DNA of 64,000 bases, taken from assembly GCF_009914755.1 (NCBI RefSeq), contig NC_060925.1. One strand, 5' to 3'. The notes beneath the pieces were generated by a model that was not told the origin of the DNA, made no database searches, and saw only the letters and a program-made list of their open reading frames with translations. Both the position numbers and the translations under genes were made by a program. Source of the stretch: the human T2T-CHM13v2.0 reference genome, Homo sapiens. The stretch's first letter is position 1, and every line of letters starts with the position of its first letter. Shown one piece after another: positions 1 to 11,744 of the stretch.

Positions 1-180
1 GGAATCACCGAATAGAATCGAATGGAACAATCATCGAATGGACTCAAATGGAATTATCCTCAAATGGAATCGAATGGAATTATCGAATGCAATCGAATGG
101 AATTATCGAATGCAATCGAATAGAATCATCGAATGGACTCGAATGGAATCATCGAATGGAATGGAATGGAACAGTCAATG

Positions 181-3100
181 AACACGAATGGAATCATCAT
201 TGAATGGAATCGAATGGAATCTTCGAGTGGAATCGAATTGAATTATGATCAAATGGAATCGAATGTAATCATCATCAAATGGAATCAAAAATAACCATCA
301 TCAATTGCTATTGAATGGAATTGTCATCAAATGGAATTCAAAGGAATCATCATCAAATGGAACCGAATGGAATCCTCATTGAATGGAAATGAAAGGGGTC
401 ATCATCTAATGGAATCGCATGGAATCATCATCAAATGGAATCAAATGGAATCATCATCAAATGGAATCTAATGGAATCATTGAACAGAATTGAATGGAAT
501 CGTCATCGAATGAATTGAATGCAATCATCGAATGGTCTCGAATGGAATCATCTTCTAATGGAAAGGAATGGAATCATCGCATAGAATCGAATGGAATTAT
601 CATCGAATGGAATCGAATGGTATCAACACCAAACGGAAAAAAACGGAATTATCGAATGGAATCGAAGAGAATCTTCGAACGGACCCGAATGGAATCATCT
701 AATGGAATGGAATGGAATAATCCATGGACTCGAATGCAATCATCATCGAATGGAATCGAATGGAATCATCGAATGGACTCGAATGGAATAATCATTGAAC
801 GGAATCGAATGGAATCATCATCGGATGGAAACGAATGGAATCATCATCGAATGGAAATGAAAGGAGTCATCATCTAATGCAATTGCATGGAATCATCATC
901 AAATGGAATCGAATGGAATCAACATCAAATGGAATCTAATGGAATCATTGAACAGAATTGAATGGAATCGTCATCGAATGAATTGACTGCAATCATCGAA
1001 TGGTCTCGAATGGAATCATCTTCAAATGGAATGGAATGGAATCATCGCATAGAATCGAATGGAATTATCATCGAATGGAATCGAATGGAATCAACATCAA
1101 ACGGAAAAAAACAGAATTATCGAATGGAATCGAAGAGAATCATCGCATGGACCCGAATGGAATCATCTAATGGAATGGAATGGAATAATCCATGGACTCG
1201 AATGCAATCATCATCGAATGGAATCGAATGGAATCATCGAGTGGACTCGAATGGAATAATCATTGAACGGAATCGAATGGAATCATCATCGGATGGAAAT
1301 GAATGGAATCATCATCGAATGGAATCGAATAGAATTATGGAATGAAATCCAGTGTGATCATCATCGAATGGACCCGAATGGAATCATCATCCAACGGAAG
1401 CTAATGGAATCAACATCGAATGAATCAAATGGAAACACCATCGAATTGAAACGAATGGAATTATCATGAAATTGAAATGGATGGACTCATCATCGAATGG
1501 ATTCGAATGGAATCATCGAATAAAATTGATTGAAATCATCATCGAATGGAATCGAATGGTATCATTGAATGGAATCGAATGGAATCATCATCAGATGGAA
1601 ATGAATGGAATCGTCATAGAATGGAATCGAATGGATTCATTGAATGGAATCAGATGGAATCATCGAATGGACTGGAATGGAATCATTGAATGGACTCGAA
1701 AGGGATCATGATTGAATGGAATTGAATGGAATCATCGAATGGTCTCGATTGGAATCATTATCAAATGGAATCGAATGGAATCACCGAATAGAATCGAATG
1801 GAACAATCATCGAATGGACTCAAATGGAATTATCCTCCAATGGAATCGAATGGAATTATCGAATGCAATCGAATGGAATTATCGAATGCAATCGAATAGA
1901 ATCATCGAATGGACTCGAATGGAATCATCGAATGGAATGGAATGGAACAGTCAATGAACTCGAATGGAATCATCATTGAATGGAATCGAATGGAATCATC
2001 GAGTGGAATCGAATGGAATTATGATCAAATGGAATCGAATGTAATCATCATCAAATGGAATCAAAAATAACCATCATCAATTGGTATTGAATGGAATTGT
2101 CATCAAATGGAATTCAAAGGAATCATCATCAAATGGAACCGAATGGAATCCTCATTGAATGGAAATGAAAGGGGTCATCATCTAATGGAATCGCATGGAA
2201 TCATCATCAAATGGAATCGAATGGAATCATCATCAAATGGAATCTAATGGAATCATTGAACAGAATTGAATGGAATCGTCATCGAATGAATTGAATGCAA
2301 TCATCGAATGGTCTCGAATGGAATCATCTTCTAATGGAAAGGAATGGAATCATCGCATAGAATCGAATGGAATTATCATCGAATGGAATCGAATGGTATC
2401 AACACCAAACGGAAAAAAACGGAATTATCGAATGGAATCGAAGAGAATCTTCGAACGGACCCGAATGGAATCATCTAATGGAATGGAATGGAATAATCCA
2501 TGGACTCGAATGCAATCATCATCGAATGGAATCGAATGGAATCATCGAATGGACTCGAATGGAATAATCATTGAACGGAATCGAATGGAATCATCATCGG
2601 ATGGAAACGAATGGAATCATCATCGAATGGAAATGAAAGGAGTCATCATCTAATGGAATTGCATGGAATCATCATAAAATGGAATCGAATGGAATCAACA
2701 TCAAATGGAATCAAATGGAATCATTGAACGGAATTGAATGGAATCGTCATCGAATGAATTGACTGCAATCATCGAATGGTCTCGAATGGAATCATCTTCA
2801 AATGGAATGGAATGGAATCATCGCATAGAATCGAATGGAATTATCATCGAATGGAATCGAATGGAATCAACATCAAACGGAAAAAAACGGAATTATCGAA
2901 TGGAATCGAAGAGAATCATCGAATGGACCCGAATGGAATCATCTAATGGAATGGAATGGAATAATCCATGGACTCGAATGCAATCATCATCGAATGGAAT
3001 CGAATGGAATCATCGAATGGACTCGAATGGAATAATCATTGAACGGAATCGAATGGAATCATCATCGGATGGAAATGAATGGAATCATCATCGAATGGAA

Positions 3101-6100
3101 TCGAATAGAATTATGGAATGAAATCCAGTGTGATCATCATCGAATGGACCCGAATGGAATCATCATCCAACGGAAGCTAATGGAATCAACATCGAATGAA
3201 TCAAATGGAAACACCATCGAATTGAAACGAATGGAATTATCATGAAATTGAAATGGATGGACTCATCATCGAATGGATTCGAATGGAATCATCGAATAAA
3301 ATTGATTGAAATCATCATCGAATGGAATCGAATGGTATCATTGAATGGAATCGAATGGAATCATCATCAGATGGAAATGAATGGAATCGTCATAGAATGG
3401 AATCGAATGGATTCATTGAATGGAATCAGATGGAATCATCGAATGGACTGGAATGGAATCATTGAATGGACTTGAAAGGGATCATGATTCAATGGAATTG
3501 AATGGAATCATCGAATGGTCTCGATTGGAATCATTATCAAATGGAATCGAATGGAATCACCGAATAGAATCGAATGGAACAATCATCGAATGGACTCAAA
3601 TGGAATTATCCTCAAATGGAATCGAATGGAATTATCGAATGCAATCGAATGGAATTATCGAATGCAATCGAATAGAATCATCGAATGGACTCGAATGGAA
3701 TCATCGAATGGAATGGAATGGAACAGTCAATGAACACGAATGGAATCATCATTGAATGGAATCGAATGGAATCATCAAGTGGAATCGAATGGAATTATGA
3801 TCAAATGGAATCGAATGTAATCATCATCCAATGGAATCAAAAATAACCATCATCAATTGGTATTGAATGGAATTGTCATGAAATGGAATTCAAAGGAATC
3901 ATCATCAAATGGAACCGAATGGAATCCTCATTGAATGGAAATGAAAGGGGTCATCATCTAATGGAATCGCATGGAATCATCATCAAATGGAATCGAATGG
4001 AATCATCATCAAATGGAATCTAATGGAATCATTGAACAGAATTGAATGGAATCGTCATCGAATGAATTGAATGCAATCATCGAATGGTCTCGAATGGAAT
4101 CATCTTCTAATGGAAAGGAATGGAATCATCGCATAGAATCGAATGGAATTATCATCGAATGGAATCGAATGGTATCAACACCAAACGGAAAAAAACGGAA
4201 TTATCGAATGGAATCGAAGAGAATCTTCGAACGGACCCGAATGGAATCATCTAATGGAATGGAATGGAATAATCCATGGACTCGAATGCAATCATCATCG
4301 AATGGAATCGAATGGAATCATCGAATGGACTCGAATGGAATAATCATTGAACGGAATCGAATGGAATCATCATCGGATGGAAACGAATGGAATCATCATC
4401 GAATGGAAATGAAAGGAGTCATCATCTAATGCAATTGCATGGAATCATCATCAAACGGAATCGAATGGAATCAACATCAAATGGAATCTAATGGAATCAT
4501 TGAACAGAATTGAATGGAATCGTCATCGAATGAATTGACTGCAATCATCGAATGGTCTCGAATGGAATCATCTTCAAATGGAATGGAATGGAATCATCGC
4601 ATAGAATCGAATGGAATTATCATCGAATGGAATCGAATGGAATCAACATCAAACGGAAAAAAACGGAATTATCGAATGGAATCGAAGAGAATCATCGAAT
4701 GGACCCGAATGGAATCATCTAATGGAATGGAATGGAATAATCCATGGACTCGAATGCAATCATCATCGAATGGAATCGAATGGAATCATCGAGTGGACTC
4801 GAATGGAATAATCATTGAACGGAATTGAATGGAATCATCATCGGATGGAAATGAATGGAATCATCATCGAATGGAATCGAATAGAATTATGGAATGAAAT
4901 CCAGTGTGATCATCATCGAATGGACCCGAATGGAATCATCATCCAACGGAAGCTAATGGAATCAACATCGAATGAATCAAATGGAAACACCATCGAATTG
5001 AAACGAATGGAATTATCATGAAATTGAAATGGATGGACTCATCATCGAATGGATTCGAATGGAATCATCGAATAAAATTGATTGAAATCATCATCGAATG
5101 GAATCGAATGGTATCATTGAATGGAATCGAATGGAATCATCATCAGATGGAAATGAATGGAATCGTCATAGAATGGAATCGAATGGATTCATTGAATGGA
5201 ATCAGATGGAATCATCGAATGGACTGGAATGGAATCATTGAATGGACTCGAAAGGGATCATGATTGAATGGAATTGAATGGAATCATCGAATGGTCTCGA
5301 TTGGAATCATTATCAAATGGAATCGAATGGAATCACCGAATAGAATCGAATGGAACAATCATCGAATGGACTCAAATGGAATTATCCTCAAATGGAATCG
5401 AATGGAATTATCGAATGCAATCGAATGGAATTATCGAATGCAATCGAATAGAATCATCGAATGGACTCGAATGGAATCATCGAATGGAATGGAATGGAAC
5501 AGTCAATGAACTCGAATGGAATCATCATTGAATGGAATCGAATGGAATCATCAAGTGGAATCGAATGGAATTATGATCAAATGGAATCGAATGTAATCAT
5601 CATCAAATGGAATCAAAAATAACCATCATCAATTGGTATTGAATGGAATTGTCATCAAATGGTATTCAAAGGAATCATCATCAAATGGAACCGAATGGAA
5701 TCCTCATTGAATAGAAATGAAAGGGGTCATCATCTAATGGAATCGCATGGAATCATCATCAAATGGAATCGAATGGAATCATCATCAAATGGAATCTAAT
5801 GGAATCATTGAACAGAATTGAATGGAATCGTCATCGAATGAATTGAATGCAATCATCGAATGGTCTCGAATGGAATCATCTTCTAATGGAAAGGAATGGA
5901 ATCATCGCATAGAATCGAATGGAATTATCATCGAATGGAATCGAATGGTATCAACACCAAACGGAAAAAAACGGAATTATCGAATGGAATCGAAGAGAAT
6001 CTTCGAACGGACCCGAATGGAATCATCTAATGGAATGGAATGGAATAATCCATGGACTCGAATGCAATCATCATCGAATGGAATCGAATGGAATCATCGA

Positions 6101-7597
6101 ATGGACTCGAATGGAATAATCATTGAACGGAATCGAATGGAATCATCATCGGATGGAAACGAATGGAATCATCATCGAATGGAAATGAAAGGAGTCATCA
6201 TCTAATGGAATTGCATGGAATCATCATAAAATGGAATCGAATGGAATCAACATCAAATGGAATCAAATGGAATCATTGAACGGAATTGAATGGAATCGTC
6301 ATCGAATGAATTGACTGCAATCATCGAATGGTCTCGAATGGAATCATCTTCAAATGGAATGGAATGGAATCATCGCATAGAATCGAATGGAATTATCATC
6401 GAATGGAATGGAATGGAATCAACATCAAACGGAAAAAAACGGAATTATCGAATGGAATCGAAGAGAATCATCGAATGGACCCGAATGGAATCATCTAATG
6501 GAATGGAATGGAATAATCCATGGACTCGAATGCAATCATCATCCAATGGAATCGAATGGAATCATCGAATGGACTCGAATGGAATAATCATTGAACGGAA
6601 TCGAATGGAATCATCATCGGATGGAAATGAATGGAATCATCATCGAATGGAATCGAATAGAATTATGGAATGAAATCCAGTGTGATCATCATCGAATGGA
6701 CCCGAATGGAATCATCATCCAACGGAAGCTAATGGAATCAACATCGAATGAATCGAATGGAAACACCATCGAATTGAAACGAATGGAATTATCATGAAAT
6801 TGAAATGGATGGACTCATCATCGAATGGATTCGAATGGAATCATCGAATAAAATTGATTGAAATCATCATCGAATGGAATCGAATGGTATCATTGAATGG
6901 AATCGAATGGAATCATAATCAGATGGAAATGAATGGAATCGTCATAGAATGGAATCGAATGGATTCATTGAATGGAATCAGATGGAATCATCGAATGGAC
7001 TGGAATGGAATCATTGAATGGACTTGAAAGGGATCATGATTGAATGGAATTGAATGGAATCATCGAATGGTCTCGATTGGAATCATTATCAAATGGAATC
7101 GAATGGAATCACCGAATAGAATCGAATGGAACAATCATCGAATGGACTCAAATGGAATTATCCTCAAATGGAATCGAATGGAATTATCGAATGCAATCGA
7201 ATGGAATTATCGAATGCAATCGAATAGAATCATCGAATGGACTCGAATGGAATCATCGAATGGAATGGAATGGAACAGTCAATGAACACGAATGGAATCA
7301 TCATTGAATGGAATCGAATGGAATCATCGAGTGGAATCGAATGGAATTATGATCAAATGGAATCGAATGTAATCATCATCAAATGGAATCAAAAATAACC
7401 ATCATCAATTGGTATTGAATGGAATTGTCATCAAATGGAATTCAAAGGAATCATCATCAAATGGAACCGAATGGAATCCTCATTGAATGGAAATGAAAGG
7501 GGTCATCGTCTTATGGAATCGCATGGAATCATCATCAAATGGAATCGAATGGAATCATCATCAAATGGAATCTAATGGAATCATTGAACAGAATTGA
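181..7597 (+). repeat. Local 3552 bp dimeric higher-order repeat (alternating unit haplotypes)
   Basis: AACACG variant at 181, 3733 and 7285. ATGCAATTGCAT at 877 and ~4429. CGAGTGGACTC at ~1238 and ~4790. GGACTTGAAAGG at ~3468 and ~7020. All spacings are 3552. Confidence 0.8.
494..2269 (+). repeat. Representative canonical 1776 bp unit (subunit A 468 bp + subunit B + tail)
   Basis: Anchor at 494, internal re-occurrence at 962 (+468), next unit at 2270. A markers: TTGAATGC, TTCTAATGGAAAGG, GGTATCAACACC, TCTTCGAACGG, GGAAACG. B markers: TTGACTGC, TTCAAATGGAATGG, GGAATCAACATC, TCATCGAATGG, GGAAATG. Tail markers: AATCCAGTGTG, GGAAGCTA, AATAAAATTG, GAAAGGGATC, AACAGTC, AAAAATAACC, GAAAGGGGTC. Confidence 0.95.
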
Positions 7598-8660
7598 ATG
7601 GAATCGTCATCGAATGAATTGAATGCAATCATCGAATGGTCTCGAATGGAATCATCTTCTAATGGAAAGGAATGGAATCATCGCATAGAATCGAATGGAA
7701 TTATCATCGAATGGAATCGAATGGTATCAACACCAAACGGAAAAAAACGGAATTATCGAATGGAATCGAAGAGAATCTTCGAACGGACCCGAATGGAATC
7801 ATCTAATGGAATGGAATGGAATAATCCATGGACTCGAATGCAATCATCATCGAATGGAATCGAATGGAATCATCGAATGGACTCGAATGGAATAATCATT
7901 GAACGGAATCGAATGGAATCATCATCGGATGGAAACGAATGGAATCATCATCGAATGGAAATGAAAGGAGTCATCATCTAATGGAATTGCATGGAATCAT
8001 CATAAAATGGAATCGAATGGAATCAACATCAAATCGAATCAAACGGAATCATTGAACGGAATTGAATGGAATCGTCATCGAATGAATTGACTGCAATCAT
8101 CGAATGGTCTCGAATGGAATCATCTTCAAATGGAATGGAATGGAATCATCGCATAGAATTGAATGGAATTATCACCGAAAGCAATTGAATGGAATCAACA
8201 TCAAACGGAAAAAAACGGAATTATCGAATGGAATCGAAGAGAATCATCGAATGGACCCGAATGGAATCATCTAATGGAATGGAATGGAATAATCCATGGA
8301 CTCGAATGCAATCATCATCGAATGGAATCGAATGGAATCATCGAATGAACTCGAATGGAATCATCATTGAATGGAATCGAATGGAATCATCGAGTGGAAT
8401 CGAATGGAATTATGATCAAATGGAATCGAATGTAATCATCATCAAATGGAATCAAAAATAACCATCATCAATTGGTATTCAATGGAATTGTCATCAAATG
8501 GAATTCAAAGGAATCATCATCAAATGGAACCGAATGGAATCCTCATTGAATGGAAATGAAAGGGGTCATCATCTAATGGAATCACATGGAATCATCATCA
8601 AATGGAATCGAATGGAATCTTCATCAAATGGAATCTAATGGAATCATTGAACAGAATTGA
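7598..8660 (+). repeat. 1063 bp unit (713 bp deletion)
   Basis: Anchor spacing 7598->8661. Junction ATCATCGAATGAACTCGAATGGAATCATCATTG at ~8341 joins subunit B to the late tail. Confidence 0.92.
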
Positions 8661-10436
8661 ATGGAATCGTCATCGAATGAATTGAATGCAATCATCGAAT
8701 GGTCTCGAATGGAATCATCTTCTAATGGAAAGGAATGGAATCATCGCATAGAATCGAATGGAATTATCATCGAATGGAATCGAATGGTATCAACACCAAA
8801 CGGAAAAAAACGGAATTATCGAAAGGAATCGAAGAGAATCTTCGAACGGACCCGAATGGAATCATCTAATGGAATGGAATGGAATAATCCATGGACTCGA
8901 ATGCAATCATCATCGAATGGAATCGAATGGAATCATCGAATGGACTCGAATGGAATAATCATTGAACGGAATCGAATGGAATCATCATCGGATGGAAACG
9001 AATGGAATCATCATCGAATGGAAATGAAAGGAGTCATCATCTAATGCAATTGCATGGAATCATCATCAAATGGAATCGAATGGAATCAACATCAAATGGA
9101 ATCTAATGGAATCATTGAACAGAATTGAATGGAATCGTCATCGAATGAATTGACTGCAATCATCGAATGGTCTCGAATGGAATCATCTTCAAATGGAATG
9201 GAATGGAATCATCGCATAGAATCGAATGGAATTATCATCGAATGGAATCGAATGGAATCAACATCAAACGGAAAAAAACGGAATTATCGAATGGAATCGA
9301 AGAGAATCATCGAATGGACCCGAATGGAATCATCTAATGGAATGGAATGGAATAATCCATGGACTCGAATGCAATCATCATCGAATGGAATCGAATGGAA
9401 TCATCGAATGGACTCGAATGGAATAATCATTGAACGGAATCGAATGGAATCATCATCAGATGGAAATGAATGGAATCATCATCGAATGGAATCGAATAGA
9501 ATTGTGGAATGAAATCCAGTGTGATCATCATCGAATGGACCCGAATGGAATCATCATCCAAAGGAAGCTAATGGAATCAACATCGAATGAATCAAATGGA
9601 AACACCATCGAATTGAAACGAATGGAATTATCATGAAATTGAAATGGATGGACTCATCATCGAATGGATTCGAATGGAATCATCGAATAAAATTGATTGA
9701 AATCATCATCGAATGGAATCGAATGGTATCATTGAATGGAATCGAATGGAATCATCATCAGATGGAAATGAATGGAATCGTCATAGAATGGAATCGAATG
9801 GATTCATTGAATGGAATCAGATGGAATCATCGAATGGACTGGAATGGAATCATTGAATGGACTCGAAAGGGATCATGATTGAATGGAATTGAATGGAATC
9901 ATCGAATGGTCTCGATTGGAATCATTATCAAATGGAATCGAATGGAATCACCGAATAGAATCGAATGGAACAATCATCGAATGGACTCAAATGGAATTAT
10001 CCTCAAATGGAATCGAATGGAATTATCGAATGCAATCGAATGGAATTATCGAATGCAATCGAATAGAATGATCGAATGGACTCGAATGGAATCATCGAAT
10101 GGAATGCAATGGAACAGTCAATGAACTCGAATGGAATCATCATTGAATGGAATGGAATGGAATCATCGATTGGAATCGAATGGAATTATGATCAAATGGA
10201 ATCGAATGTAATCCTCATCAAATGGAATCAAAAATAACCATCATCAATTGGTATTGAATGGAATTGTCATCAAATGGAATTCAAAGGAATCATCATCAAA
10301 TGGAACCGAATGGAATCCTCATTGAATGGAAATGAAAGGGGTCATCATCTAATGGAATCGCATGGAATCATCATCAAATGGAATCGAATGGAATCATCAT
10401 CAAATGGAATCTAATGGAATCATTGAACAGAATTGA

Positions 10437-11744
10437 ATGGAATCGTCATCGAATGAATTGAATGCAATCATCGAATGGTCTCGAATGGAATCATCTTCTA
10501 ATGGAAAGGAATGGAATCATCGCATAGAATCGAATGGAATTATCATCGAATGGAATCGAATGGTATCAACACCAAACGGAAAAAAACGGAATTATCGAAT
10601 GGAATCGAAGAGAATCTTCGAACGGACCCGAATGGAATCATCTAATGGAATGGAATGGAATAATCCATGGACTCGAATGCAATCATCATCGAATGGAATC
10701 GAATGGAATCATCGAATGGACTCGAATGGAATAATCATTGAACGGAATCGAATGGAATCATCATCGGATGGAAATGAATGGAATCATCATCGAATGGAAT
10801 CGAATAGAATTATGGAATGAAATCCAGTGTGATCATCATCGAATGGACCCGAATGGAATCATCATCCAACGGAAGCTAATGGAATCAACATCGAATGAAT
10901 CGAATGGAAACACCATCGAATTGAAACGAATGGAATTATCATGAAATTGAAATGGATGGACTCATCATCGAATGGATTCGAATGGAATCATCGAATAAAA
11001 TTGATGGAAATCATCATCCAATGGAATCGAATGGTATCATTGAATGGAATCGAATGGAATCATCATCAGATGGAAATGAATGGAATCGTCATAGAATGGA
11101 ATCGAATGGATTCATTGAATGGAATCAGATGGAATCATCGAATGGACTGGAATGGAATCATTGAATGGACTCGAAAGGGATCATGATTGAATGGAATTGA
11201 ATGGAATCATCGAATGGTCTCGATTGGAATCATTATCAAATGGAATCGAATGGAATCACCGAATAGAATCGAATGGAACAATCATCGAATGGACTCAAAT
11301 GGAATTATCCTCCAATGGAATGGAATGGAATTATCGAATGCAATCGAATGGAATTATCGAATGCAATCGAATAGAATCATCGAATGGACTCGAATGGAAT
11401 CATCGAATGGAATGGAATGGAACAGTCAATGAACTCGAATGGAATCATCATTGAATGGAATCGAATGGAATCATCGAGTGGAATCGAATGGAATTATGAT
11501 CAAATGGAATCGAATGTAATCATCATCAAATGGAATCAAAAATAACCATCATCAATTGGTATTGAATGGAATTGTCATCAAATGGAATTCAAAGGAATCA
11601 TCATCAAATGGAACCGAATGGAATCCTCATTGAATGGAAATGAAAGGGGTCATCATCTAATGGAATCGCATGGAATCATCATCAAATGGAATCGAATGGA
11701 ATCATCATCAAATGGAATCTAATGGAATCATTGAACAGAATTGA
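10437..11744 (+). repeat. 1308 bp unit (A/B hybrid, one 468 bp subunit lost)
   Basis: A markers up to ~10625, then B-type GGAAATG at ~10771 running into the tail. Spacing 10437->11745. Confidence 0.92.

Noticed and set aside
660-682. Possible heat-shock element GAAGAGAATCTTCGAA in subunit A
   Set aside because: Only two inverted nGAAn units are in register, not the three of a canonical HSE.
1705-1722. DUX4-like site (TGATTGAATGG)
   Set aside because: DUX4 is known to activate HSATII, but this is only a partial match to TGATTRRRTTA. A site cannot be called from sequence alone.
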